Below are positions 29,500-41,513 of a DNA stretch of 64,000 nucleotides, in pieces. The notes beneath the pieces were generated by a model. That model did not search any database and was not told the DNA's origin. It saw only the letters and a list, made by a program, of their open reading frames with translations. Source of the stretch: Myxococcales bacterium (GTDB taxonomy: Bacteria; Myxococcota_A; Polyangia; Polyangiales; DASUME01); assembly GCA_047601445.1 (NCBI GenBank), contig JASGJH010000001.1, forward strand, positions 4,160,001 through 4,224,000. Direction: 5' to 3'. Each line of letters starts with the position of its first letter. Position 1 is the stretch's first letter. A program made the translations under genes and the position numbers.

Positions 29500-30792
29500 A
29501 TGCTTGCCGTCGAGTCCTCTCCAGCGTGGCACCCGAGGTCCCATGCCTATGGCCGCTACGTCATCGGCCTGCTCACGCTGGTTAACTTCGCGAACTACCT
29601 CGACCGCATGGTGGTCGTCACCATGTACGAAGACCTGCGTCGCGAGTTCCACTTCTCGAACGGCCAGCTGGGAGCGTTGTCGACGGGCTTCTTCGTAGTG
29701 CACTCGCTGTGCACACTGCCCTTCGGCTGGGCCGCCGACCGCTTCGACCGTCGCCGCGTCATGGCCGTCGGCGTCGTGTGTTGGTCGATCGCTACGCTGA
29801 GCAGCTCGTTCGCGCAGGGATTCATGTCGCTCATGCTCCTACGCGCCTTCGTGGGCGTCGGCGAAGCGGCCTACGGCCCCGCCTCGGCCGCCATCTTGTG
29901 CGAGGTCGACGCGAACAAGAAAGCTCGCCTCAACGCGATCTACAACGGCGGGATGTTCGCGGGTGCATGCGCCGGGCTTTGGCTCGGAGGCACGCTCGGG
30001 TTCCCCCGCGCGTTTCGACTGGTTGGGCCGCCCGGCATCGTGTTTGCGGTGCTCTTGATGATGCTCAAGATTCCGCCACGGCGCGTGGGCGTGCGGAGAC
30101 AGAGTGCCCCGTCCTTTGGCGCCGTTGCGCGCACGCTGGGTCAGGCCATCCGCCGAACGTTCGCGATTCGAACCCTGCGCTGGATGCTGCTGTCCGGCAT
30201 TTTTGCGAGCTTTGCGGCTGGGGGATACATCACGTGGATCGTCGACTTCACGGTCCAGGTGAAGGGCATGTCGCAGGCGGAGGCACGTCCACTCTATGCA
30301 CTGATCGCGCTCACCGGAGGAATCGCAGGCGTGGTCACCGGCGGCACCCTTGGGGACTACTGGCAACGGCGCTCGCCCCGCGGACGGGTCCTGACGATCG
30401 CCACCGGCTTTCTCGCGGCCTCCCCGTTCTGCCTCGGCATCATCCTCATCGATCACGGCATCCCGTACATCGTCGTGTCGTGGCTGCTCATGTTCTTCTT
30501 GCCCTTCTACAACGGCCCCATGCCAGCGGTGATCGACGACGTGGTGGACGACGATCAAGCGACTTCCGCTCAAGCGAGCTTCATCCCGTTCCTGCATATC
30601 CTGGGCACGGGTTCCGCGGCCACCATCGTGGGAGTCGTCTCGCAGATTCATGGCATCGGCCTGCGAGGAGCCTTTGCGCTGCCCGCGATCGCGACCTTGC
30701 TCGCCGGCCTATTTGCGCTGCGCGCGTCGCACTTCGTGGCGCACGACATCGCGGCACGCAACGAGCGGGCAAATGGACACGGGCGCGCTTGA
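29500..30792 (+). CDS. MFS transporter (Spinster-like)
   Basis: NYLDR, motif A GWAADRFDRRR, R...GVGEA, about 12 hydrophobic segments. Confidence 0.9.
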   Translation: MLAVESSPAWHPRSHAYGRYVIGLLTLVNFANYLDRMVVVTMYEDLRREFHFSNGQLGALSTGFFVVHSLCTLPFGWAADRFDRRRVMAVGVVCWSIATLSSSFAQGFMSLMLLRAFVGVGEAAYGPASAAILCEVDANKKARLNAIYNGGMFAGACAGLWLGGTLGFPRAFRLVGPPGIVFAVLLMMLKIPPRRVGVRRQSAPSFGAVARTLGQAIRRTFAIRTLRWMLLSGIFASFAAGGYITWIVDFTVQVKGMSQAEARPLYALIALTGGIAGVVTGGTLGDYWQRRSPRGRVLTIATGFLAASPFCLGIILIDHGIPYIVVSWLLMFFLPFYNGPMPAVIDDVVDDDQATSAQASFIPFLHILGTGSAATIVGVVSQIHGIGLRGAFALPAIATLLAGLFALRASHFVAHDIAARNERANGHGRA

Positions 30793-30828
30793 GCTTGGAG
30801 GCATGGACGCTGGCATCCGAGAAAAACT

Positions 30829-30864
30829 AGAGGCCCCGAAACGCCGCTGCGCTTCGGGGCCTCT
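30829..30864. terminator. Probable bidirectional intrinsic terminator between convergent genes
   Basis: AGAGGCCCCGAA-N12-TTCGGGGCCTCT, 12-bp perfect stem; A-run on the left gives a U-tract on the minus strand. Confidence 0.7.
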
Positions 30865-30914
30865 CTCGTTCGCACGAGGTCAGACGACCTGCATGCGCTT
30901 TCCGAGCGAGCTCG

Positions 30915-33595
<2,681 letters not shown>

Positions 33596-33814
33596 TAGCA
33601 GTCACTTAAGGAGCTCATGCGTCATCGGATCGCGTCAAGACCGAGGAAACTCGGACGCAATAACCACCGGTGACCTGCACAGCGCGCGCCTGCGACACAG
33701 GGACCACCGCACCGAGGCGACCTTGAACTTGTCTTGGCTACGCTCGAGCGCGCGTTGGAACGCCAGCCAGCGCAGACTATGACCCCGCACGCGCCGGCTC
33801 CAATGCCGTTCAAC

Positions 33815-34981
33815 TCAGGTCTGGGGCGCCTCGGTCGAATCGCCGGCACGCTTCGCCTCGAGCTTGGACTCGGCAAAACGCCGGTTTTGCTCGACGCGCT
33901 CGCGCTGATCTGCGGGAAGCGCAGCGCCGTTCAATAACTTGATCGCTGCATCGAGGGATTTCTGATACTCGCCCACCCAATAGGCGGCGATGCCGAACTC
34001 GTCGAGCGCGCGCCACTCGTACACGGAGTCGTCGACGAACAGCAGATCGTCGGGCCTGGGAATGCACACCGCCTGTTGGGCAAACAGATAGCTCAAATGG
34101 TGCTCTTTCCGGATGCGGTGAAGCTGCGCCAATGAACAAAGCGTTTCGGCCCGTGTGGGGCGAAATTGGTACGCCTGCAGCTGGGCAGCCACGGCCGCGT
34201 GGTACTTGCCGAGCTGAGCCGAGATTTCTCCAACGATGTGCAGCGAGTGCCAGACCTCCTCCTCCCAGCCGCCCATATCGGCGCGTCTGAGGAAGTTCTC
34301 AAGCGCCTTCTGTGGCTCTCCTGCGTCTCGATAGCTCCTGGCGAGGTAATAGCGATAGCGAGCATTGTCCGGCTCCCTCTTCAGAGCCTCCTCCAGCACC
34401 CGGGCATCGCGACCGTACTTCTCCTTGGCGTCGACCTGATTGCGCGCGCTATCGAAGTGCCCCACGCACAGCAGCTCCTCGACGCGACCCAGCCGGTGCT
34501 TTCCCCCACCAATGGCGACCTCGTGGAGGATCCCCTCATAGCGCCACGGCGCGGTCGTCTTGAAGAACTGCAAGCGCAGGAAGCTCACCACCGAGGTGCT
34601 GCTCCGGTGGCGCGTGTAGTACGCTTCGGCCTCGAGCTTGGGCCGCTGGAAACCCGCGGGTGCCTCCAGTGTCTCGTCCGCGTCGATGACGAGAGAGTAG
34701 TCGCCCCAGGGGCGCGCCAGCTCGAGCGCCTCCGTGCGGTTGTGGCCGAAATCCTTCCACGGTCGCTCATGCAGCTGTCCAGGCAGGTGCTTCAGCGTAT
34801 CCCTTACCAGCTCGTGGGTTCCGTCCGTGGAGCCCGTGTCCACCACGCTCCAGCAGTCGATGAAGGGCAAAACCGAGTTCAAGCAGCGCCTGATGACCTG
34901 GCTTTCGTTCTTCACGATCATGGTCAGGCAAACGCTGGGTCGCCCGTCCTGCCGAGTTACTTTCCGCTTCGTGCTTTCCAC
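33815..34981 (-). CDS. GT2 glycosyltransferase with C-terminal TPR repeats (protein-glycosyltransferase-like)
   Basis: CLTMIVKNE, VVDTGSTDGT, DFGHNR, VIDADE (DxD), YEGILHE, then TPR-like helices (PDNARYRYYLARSY). Confidence 0.92.
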   Translation of the reverse strand: MESTKRKVTRQDGRPSVCLTMIVKNESQVIRRCLNSVLPFIDCWSVVDTGSTDGTHELVRDTLKHLPGQLHERPWKDFGHNRTEALELARPWGDYSLVIDADETLEAPAGFQRPKLEAEAYYTRHRSSTSVVSFLRLQFFKTTAPWRYEGILHEVAIGGGKHRLGRVEELLCVGHFDSARNQVDAKEKYGRDARVLEEALKREPDNARYRYYLARSYRDAGEPQKALENFLRRADMGGWEEEVWHSLHIVGEISAQLGKYHAAVAAQLQAYQFRPTRAETLCSLAQLHRIRKEHHLSYLFAQQAVCIPRPDDLLFVDDSVYEWRALDEFGIAAYWVGEYQKSLDAAIKLLNGAALPADQRERVEQNRRFAESKLEAKRAGDSTEAPQT

Positions 34982-35022
34982 GACTGTGTCGTATCACACG
35001 CGGCTTTGCGCCGCGATTTCCC

Positions 35023-36246
35023 TCACTCGTGAGCCTCCGAAGCCACCTCCGGCTCATCGTCTCCGGCATCCACCGCAAATAGGCCTCGCCGCCCGTCGAC
35101 TCTCGCCTTGCGCAGCAAGCTCGCCACTTGCTTGGCGACCGTCGAAGCGCTCGTCTTTCGTGCGTCCGCGATCTCTCGGTTGGACAACCCGAGCTTGACC
35201 AAGCGCAGCACCTCTTGCTCGCTGGACGTCAAGCTTCCCGCCAGCAGGTGGTAACGCCCGCTCGCGCGCAGTGTCGACGCGACACGCAATAGGTCGTGCC
35301 GCGTGCGAAACCCGAGCTTGTTCGCTGCACTGAGCAAAAGCTCCGAAATGCGAGAGTCTTGCAGCCCGGTGGAGTACGCCACGTACTTGCCGGGCAGCCC
35401 CTGGATCGATTGGTCGAGCACGCTGGCTTCGCTCGGCGTGAGAGCTCGATAGGCACGTGACTGAGGCGCGTTTTCGTAGGCGAAGTAGAGCCGCTTCCCA
35501 TCGCTGTCGACCCGCTCCACCACGCTCCATTGACCATCGACCAAGGCGTTCCAAACCTGCAGAGCGTCGTCCTTGAAGCGCTCACGCTGGGTGCGAAGGC
35601 GCGCGATGACCTTCGTATGCTGGACGAGCGGCTCCGACCCGCCGCTCTCGCCGAGCGCTCCTTCCAAGTGCAGAACCTTGCCTTCGGACGAGAGCACCGC
35701 GACAGCTTGCTCCGGAGACAGCAGGCGCAGCCGCTCGCCGGACTCCACGTGAATCCGCATGCGGTGGAGCGTCGAGCGAACTGCAGGTGTGATCTCCCGG
35801 CCTCGCCCAACGACGAGACTCAGCGCAAAGATCCACCCAGGTGCAGGGTACCCCAGCAGCCCGAGCAGGTCGTCGGCTCCCATGGCGCTGCAAACGGCTC
35901 GAAAGCCGAGCTGGGAGACGCGCCCCATCTTGGCCACGAGCGGAGAAGCCAAGGTGACCGGCTGCCGTGGATAGAAGTAGCGCTCGTAGCTCTCCCCTCT
36001 CAAGCGCTCGACCAGCGGTGTACCGATGCGGTGGAACGCAGGATGAACTCCGCGCGTCAACAGGGTCTCCACCTTGGCGCGATCACCGTGCTCTTTGTAG
36101 AGCGTGAAGGTCATCCCGCCGCCGAGGTCGAGGACGGTCCCAATGCTGTCGAGCACGTTGCCTATCCAGCGTTCATCGCTGGTTTGGGCCTCGTAGCAGC
36201 TCTCGACGACGGAAAGATAGTCCCCCTTTCTCGAGTTCGGTGGCAT
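35023..36246 (-). CDS. LuxR-family transcriptional regulator with two HTH-like domains
   Basis: LTPSEASVL...G...KYVAYSTGL...LLSAANKLG and LTSSEQEVLRLVKLGLSNREIA..R.TS.STVAKQVASLLRK; ATG 36246. Confidence 0.85.
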   Translation of the reverse strand: MPPNSRKGDYLSVVESCYEAQTSDERWIGNVLDSIGTVLDLGGGMTFTLYKEHGDRAKVETLLTRGVHPAFHRIGTPLVERLRGESYERYFYPRQPVTLASPLVAKMGRVSQLGFRAVCSAMGADDLLGLLGYPAPGWIFALSLVVGRGREITPAVRSTLHRMRIHVESGERLRLLSPEQAVAVLSSEGKVLHLEGALGESGGSEPLVQHTKVIARLRTQRERFKDDALQVWNALVDGQWSVVERVDSDGKRLYFAYENAPQSRAYRALTPSEASVLDQSIQGLPGKYVAYSTGLQDSRISELLLSAANKLGFRTRHDLLRVASTLRASGRYHLLAGSLTSSEQEVLRLVKLGLSNREIADARKTSASTVAKQVASLLRKARVDGRRGLFAVDAGDDEPEVASEAHE

Positions 36247-36411
36247 AAAAGCCTTATAGCCCACCGGTGGGAGAGCGAGAGCGACGAGTTCGAGCGGCTG
36301 ATCAGCTGGGCAAGTCGAGGGCTCGGGCTCGCCGACACTCCGGCCTGGCTGAGACAGCACGAGCCCCCATCTCGGCCCCCGCTCTCTCACGAAACAAGCT
36401 AGGATTGCCTC

Positions 36412-37158
36412 GTGTTTCGTCACGAAGGGCCGGCGCGTGATCCGCGCCTCAACGCGCGAATCGCAGCTTATCTCGCCTCCAACGCGGGGTTCGTCAATTC
36501 GGCCGGGATCGTTCTGACGGGGGTCTTCACCTCGCACGTGACCGGTAGCGTCGGCCGCGCGAGCACGGATGCAGCCGCCGGTGACTTCTCCGCCGCATTT
36601 TCTGCCGTTTTGCTGGTGCTGTGCTTCTTCCTCGGCGCATTCGCGGCCAGCCTCGTGGTCGAAGGAAGCTCTCCTAGCACCCCGGTGGCCTACGGCATCG
36701 CGCTCTTGCTGCAATCGGGCGTATTGGCGGCATTCCTGTTGGCGGTGTGGGCATTCCCCAACTCCGACCCGCGCCTGCTAGACGCGCAGGCCGCCATCCT
36801 GTGCACGGCCATGGGCATGCAAAACAGCCTCGTCACGCGGCTGTCGGGAGCCGTGGTTCGGACAACCCATCTCACGGGCATCGTGACGGACCTCGGCATC
36901 GAAGTCGCTCGCTGGTACCGATGGCATCGCTCTCGAATCAGGTTGCCCGTGCTCTTCAAGGGACGCCTCCCGCCGGAGAAGCCGGCCGCGCACAGAGCAG
37001 CCCTTCTCTTCACCATCGCGTTTTGGTTCTCCGTCGGGGCCTTCGTCGGCGCGGTGTGCGCAGTAAGAGCACCGGGCCTGGCGATGATGGTCCCGGCTGC
37101 AGCCACGTTCGCTGCGGCGCTGTATGCCCTCGCGCAGGCGCGCGCAGAACACGACTAG
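36412..37158 (+). CDS. YoaK/DUF1275-family membrane protein
   Basis: AGFVN, FTSHVTG, AMGMQN, VRTTHLTGIVTDLG. Confidence 0.9.
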   Translation: MFRHEGPARDPRLNARIAAYLASNAGFVNSAGIVLTGVFTSHVTGSVGRASTDAAAGDFSAAFSAVLLVLCFFLGAFAASLVVEGSSPSTPVAYGIALLLQSGVLAAFLLAVWAFPNSDPRLLDAQAAILCTAMGMQNSLVTRLSGAVVRTTHLTGIVTDLGIEVARWYRWHRSRIRLPVLFKGRLPPEKPAAHRAALLFTIAFWFSVGAFVGAVCAVRAPGLAMMVPAAATFAAALYALAQARAEHD

Positions 37159-37177
37159 CGCGGGTTGCCGGGGCCAA

Positions 37178-37729
37178 TCAGGAGCCAGCGAGCCATTCCC
37201 CGCACGTCGTGACTTCCACCGCGCGACTGGGAAAGACCTTGTCCATGAAGAACTCATGCACTCCGGGGTCGCCATCCGCGCAGCCATCACGGAGCACCGT
37301 CATCCGATAGCCCCGGTCGGCCGCGTCGTAGCAGGTGGCAGCGACCATGGCGCTGGTGGCCACTCCCGCGACGGCGATCGAATCCACGGAGCGAGCACGC
37401 AGCACGAGATCCAGGTCCGTTCCGGCGAAGGCGCTTGCGCGACGTTTCATCACACGGACATCCTGCGCGTGCACCGGTAAGGCGATCTCGTTTCCAGGTC
37501 GTCCCTCGTGGAAGATGTCGCCCGCTTCGAAGAACGCCCCGAACAACGGGTTCTCCGGCGGGAGGTCGGCGCGGTTGGCGCGGAAAGCGATGTGCACGAA
37601 GACCACGAGCACACCGGCAGACCTGGCGCGCGGAAGGAGCTCATTCAGCGGTGGGACGACCTGACGCGCGAACGGGTAGGCCTCGAGGATCCCGCGCTGG
37701 ATGTCACCAATGATGAGTGCAGTCGTCAT
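37178..37729 (-). CDS. Isochorismatase-family (cysteine hydrolase fold) protein
   Basis: ALIIGDIQ, KRRASAFAGTDLDLVLR, GVATS, DAADRGY, DGCAD; ATG 37729 after GGAG. Confidence 0.88.
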   Translation of the reverse strand: MTTALIIGDIQRGILEAYPFARQVVPPLNELLPRARSAGVLVVFVHIAFRANRADLPPENPLFGAFFEAGDIFHEGRPGNEIALPVHAQDVRVMKRRASAFAGTDLDLVLRARSVDSIAVAGVATSAMVAATCYDAADRGYRMTVLRDGCADGDPGVHEFFMDKVFPSRAVEVTTCGEWLAGS

Positions 37730-37984
37730 ACCGTGAGGCTCCCTTCGTGGCGTTGCATCCAAGAGTGGGTCGTATCGCGCTTTGCTGGATCGGGGCAGGA
37801 TAAGCGGAGACCACCCGACGCGCAGCTGAAATGCCGCTCACAACTCGCTATCCCAAGCTGTTCGCTGCCTGACGGAAGCTTGCATTTGCGTCCGCATTTC
37901 GTCGTGACACTCGCTGAGGCACAGAATAGGTGCGCCGCGAGCCCGTCGCGCGTTCGAACGCTTCGTTCCACGAATGGGGGATAC

Positions 37985-38605
37985 ATGAAACGAGCACTGC
38001 TGCGCGCGGGTACGGTAATTGGACTCCTACTTACGGCGATGTCACCCGCCAAGGCGCTAGAAACGGCCGCGACGGCCAGCGCCACGGAAGACAGCCAGGA
38101 GGCCCCCAGCAGCAAGGGCAAGCCCGCGCCGAACTCCGTGTACATCGAAGGCCTGGGCAGCGGACTCTTTTACTCCGTGAACTACGAGCGGCGCGTGATC
38201 GACGACCTCGGCGTGCGCGCCGGGCTGAGCTACATGTCGATCTCCAGCTCGGCCTCTACCGGCTCGGCGACCGCCACCGCGAGCTCCACGTATCTCACCG
38301 TCCCGCTCACCGTCAGCTATCTCGGCGTGCGTGGACGACGCAGCGGTCTGGAGGTGGGCGGCGGGCTGACCCTCGCCTATTCGAGCGGTTCCGCGTCGAC
38401 AGGTGTCTCTTCTGCCTCCGGGTCAGGCATGACGCCCTTCGGCACGCTGATGGTGGGGTATCGCCTGCATCCCGTGGACCACGCCGGTTTCCAATTCCGC
38501 GTGGGCGTGATGGCGCTGGCCGCGAAAGGACTCTCCTTCGACCCCGATCCCAACAAGTTCGGCGTACTCCCGTGGTTCTACATGAGCTGCGGCGCGGGCT
38601 TCTGA
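37985..38605 (+). CDS. Putative small outer-membrane beta-barrel protein
   Basis: Signal peptide ...PAKA; NSVYIEGLGSGLFYSVNYER; alternating strands; C-terminal Phe. Confidence 0.75.
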   Translation: MKRALLRAGTVIGLLLTAMSPAKALETAATASATEDSQEAPSSKGKPAPNSVYIEGLGSGLFYSVNYERRVIDDLGVRAGLSYMSISSSASTGSATATASSTYLTVPLTVSYLGVRGRRSGLEVGGGLTLAYSSGSASTGVSSASGSGMTPFGTLMVGYRLHPVDHAGFQFRVGVMALAAKGLSFDPDPNKFGVLPWFYMSCGAGF

Positions 38606-38949
38606 GCTCCTAGGGACGGGCGATCGAAGACCTGTGGTGTGAGACGCTGTGGCCATTGCGTGGGCGTGGGCGTGGACGCGACGCCCCTGGTGGCGAGCGC
38701 CAACCGCCAGGGCCACGCTCACCGACACGATCAGAACTGTTTGTCCGCTTCTCCGCGTTGCCGCGAGCTACGCAATCAGCCTGCAGCCTCTCGCCCACGC
38801 CGCGCGCGTGCATCCACGACGCCCTGGCGCCGTCACCGCCGGATCGTCACGGGAGATCACCTGCTCGCGCACCGCGTGCCCGGGGTGCATCTATTGAGCC
38901 CGACCCGGCAGGAGGCGCAGCTCACGCCCTTCGCCGTGGTCGGACCGCA

Positions 38950-39948
38950 CTACCGCGTCACGTATCCTGTCGAATCGGCGTAGCTCGAGGCCCCGCTCGA
39001 GCGCTGCATGCTGGTGCGCAATGGATCGAACGGCTGCTGGTGATACGCGGTGAACGACCATGCCAAATAGACGAACGCAAGCTGTTGCGTATAGCTACCG
39101 CGATCGAGCGGCATGTCGCGTTCGAACGTGATGCTCACCTCGAACGGTGCAAAGCGGAGCGCGGCGCCGAGCGTGAGGTCCAACTCGCTCGGTCGGACCG
39201 CTACGCGCGCCCTGCGGTCGCTGAAGAACGTACTGTCCACGAGGAAGCCCAGGTGTTGCTGCGGCAGAGACCAATCGAGGTGCAGCGCATACCGAAGCAG
39301 GGCCAGGCCGCTGTTGTCGGGCCGTGCCGCATAGCTCGGGTTGTAGGCGAACCAGCCGAGTGTGGCGGAGCCGAGGACGTCGGTCCCGTGCAGCGCATCT
39401 CTGAGTCTCGAGCTCATCTGCGAGGCAGACATCAAGAGCTTGGCACGGGCATCGGCATAGGTCTGGACGCGCCCTCGACGATCGACTGGCATGTCGCGCT
39501 CGTAGCGCGCTCCCAGCTCGATGGCCGAGCCCTCCCACAGTCCCCAGGTGCTCGTGACACCCGAAATCAGGTCGAGCTCGCTCGGCGCGACCTTGCCGAG
39601 GCCGCTACGCCGTCGGTCGCTGAACACATTGACGTCCAGTGGAATCGAGAGGCGATGCCCGATCAAGTCGAAGTCAAAGTGCGGGGCCACGCGCAATAGC
39701 GCCAACCCCGTGTTGTCGGGGCGCGCTGCGTAGCTCGGATTGTAGAGCGCCGAGCCTGCCAGCAGCGAGCCGCCAATCTCCAGGCCGCTGCTTGGCCCTG
39801 CCACCTGCCCGCCGTGAGCGCTGCCTTGCTTGTCGAGGGCGCACGCGACGCCCGGGCGCACGAACACCGAAAGCGAAGTGAGCAACAGGCACCAGAGCGC
39901 AAACGGCGTATCGGAAAGGGAGGGCACGGACGACGACGACTCTTGCAA
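38950..39948 (-). CDS. Secreted or outer-membrane hypothetical protein built from an internal tandem duplication; start uncertain
   Basis: Signal ...GVACA; two copies of YNPSYAARPDN[TS]GLALLR...FSDRR...PSELDL...ERDMP[VL]DR. Confidence 0.75.
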   Translation of the reverse strand: MQESSSSVPSLSDTPFALWCLLLTSLSVFVRPGVACALDKQGSAHGGQVAGPSSGLEIGGSLLAGSALYNPSYAARPDNTGLALLRVAPHFDFDLIGHRLSIPLDVNVFSDRRRSGLGKVAPSELDLISGVTSTWGLWEGSAIELGARYERDMPVDRRGRVQTYADARAKLLMSASQMSSRLRDALHGTDVLGSATLGWFAYNPSYAARPDNSGLALLRYALHLDWSLPQQHLGFLVDSTFFSDRRARVAVRPSELDLTLGAALRFAPFEVSITFERDMPLDRGSYTQQLAFVYLAWSFTAYHQQPFDPLRTSMQRSSGASSYADSTGYVTR

Positions 39949-40082
39949 GAGAACGGGCGGCTCCGGCTGGAGACGTCATCGGCGGCCTTTCGGTTCCGCG
40001 GCAGTCGCGTTCTTACTGAATGTCCTCAAGCGCGGTGGGGGTTTTGCCCCAGGCTGCCGTCCCCGCTGCCGCCGAACCTCGC

Positions 40083-41300
40083 TCAGTCCGAAAACCCGCC
40101 CAACACCCGGTGGCCACCTGCCGCCTGCCACTGCAGAAAGCCGATCCCTTGACGGGGGCCCACGGTGTAGCGCGCGATGTCCGGCCAGAGCAGCAAGCCG
40201 AACGCCTTGAGCTCGACCTTCGAGGGCAGAGTCGTGTTGGTCGGGTCGGCCATCGACCTGAGCTCCGACATGGAGGGCGCGAAGTCGTCGCCACGCTCGA
40301 CCCAGTAAATCCTGGACGGCTGGCCGGGCCTGAACACGGCGAGGATGCCGCTTGGAAAGTCCCCCGTCGAAGTGAAGAGCGTCTTGTAGTTCTTACCATC
40401 CCTGAGCGACGTCCAGGTCAGACCGGCTGCCTCACCCGCCACGCGCTCGTTGACGTAGACATTGCCAGGATCGACCGAAAACCCGCTGACGCTGTGGCCC
40501 GGAGCGAGCTTGCGCAGGATAGCGGGAGTCCCTCCGTTGAGTGAATTGAGGGGGATCCAGCGAATGAAGTGCACCTGGGTCGACGCAGGCAAGCTAGGGT
40601 CCCAGGTCTCCGCGTAGACGCTCACGCTGTCGCCGCCGAGCAAGCGCATGCTGTGACCAGCCGGAGCAAAGTACAGCGTCGTGAGGCCACTGCCGGTCTT
40701 GTTGGCCTTCATGAGGGCGCTCGGCGTTTGTCCCGACGCCTGCTTGGTCCAGTACAGACTGGTGGAATCTACCAACAGGGCATCCGCACCACGCGTGTTC
40801 GGGACTGAGCTCGTGAAGCCGTCCGCGAGCCTCACTCTGTACATCTCGCCGATCACGCCATCCAGACTCGCCGCGAGATAGAGGTCGGTACCGTCCGACT
40901 TGGCCCCGAGGATGCGGAGCTTGCAGTTCAGGGCTCCGCCCGCTGCGCCGCCGAAGAGGGTCTTCCGAGTGCCATCGCCTCCGGACTTGAAGCTCTCGAC
41001 CAAGGGCATCTTGGGGTCGCCCGGTTGGCAAGAGGCCACCGAGGTGTAGTCGTAGATCACGTAACCTTGCTGATCGTCGGTCGTGAAGCGAACGACTTGT
41101 CCAGAAATACCCGTGCTGATCGAGTTCGCGGTCAGCGCCTGCTCCGTACCGGAAACCTCTTGTTCGCCTTCGCCGTCTGTGTCGTCGAGCGGGGCGTCGT
41201 CTTCGAGCTCACCCGCACAGCCTGTGCAAGCCACACCGAGCGCCAGCGTGAAGACGAGTCGTCGCGCCAATCCGATCACACTACCCAAGCATCCGTACAT
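40083..41300 (-). CDS. Lipoprotein with probable beta-propeller repeats
   Basis: Lipobox ACTGC; acidic linker; repeats such as [26 protein letters not shown]. Confidence 0.75.
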   Translation of the reverse strand: MYGCLGSVIGLARRLVFTLALGVACTGCAGELEDDAPLDDTDGEGEQEVSGTEQALTANSISTGISGQVVRFTTDDQQGYVIYDYTSVASCQPGDPKMPLVESFKSGGDGTRKTLFGGAAGGALNCKLRILGAKSDGTDLYLAASLDGVIGEMYRVRLADGFTSSVPNTRGADALLVDSTSLYWTKQASGQTPSALMKANKTGSGLTTLYFAPAGHSMRLLGGDSVSVYAETWDPSLPASTQVHFIRWIPLNSLNGGTPAILRKLAPGHSVSGFSVDPGNVYVNERVAGEAAGLTWTSLRDGKNYKTLFTSTGDFPSGILAVFRPGQPSRIYWVERGDDFAPSMSELRSMADPTNTTLPSKVELKAFGLLLWPDIARYTVGPRQGIGFLQWQAAGGHRVLGGFSD

Positions 41301-41513
41301 AAAGAGGGGCCTCCTGTGTTTCGTCTATCAGCCGACATTTGTCGGGCAACTTTGGTTCACACCAAGCTCCCCTCATTCACCCGCAACGGCTTTGGGCCTC
41401 GGCACTGGCCGCCCAATCACCCAAAGGCACACTTGCGTCAACACTCAGGTCTTGACGCCTGCCTCGATTGCCGCGACCTTCACTGCCAGCGGCGCGCAGC
41501 ATACGGGGGGCCC

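Noticed and set aside
33632..33680. GAAA-tetraloop hairpin followed by GACGCAAT..CCACCGG, loosely like a cyclic-dinucleotide (GEMM-I) riboswitch
   Set aside because: Lies on the strand opposite both flanking genes and lacks the GGCAAA element and a convincing second stem.
33676..33691. Minus-strand GG-N10-GC (AGGCGCGCGCTGTGCA) upstream of the collagen genes
   Set aside because: GC-rich match expected by chance; no supporting evidence.
36247..36714. N-terminal extensions in the ORF track (LuxR, also the permease, cbiF, cbiL, ALDH, 37508 and 59624 ORFs)
   Set aside because: They overlap neighbouring genes or promoter regions; downstream starts fit family N-termini, RBSs or stop/start overlaps better.
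38610..38900. Minus-strand fragment reading ...RVHAHAHA, like a His-rich metal-transporter loop
   Set aside because: Too short, in-frame stop upstream, and no other family motif.
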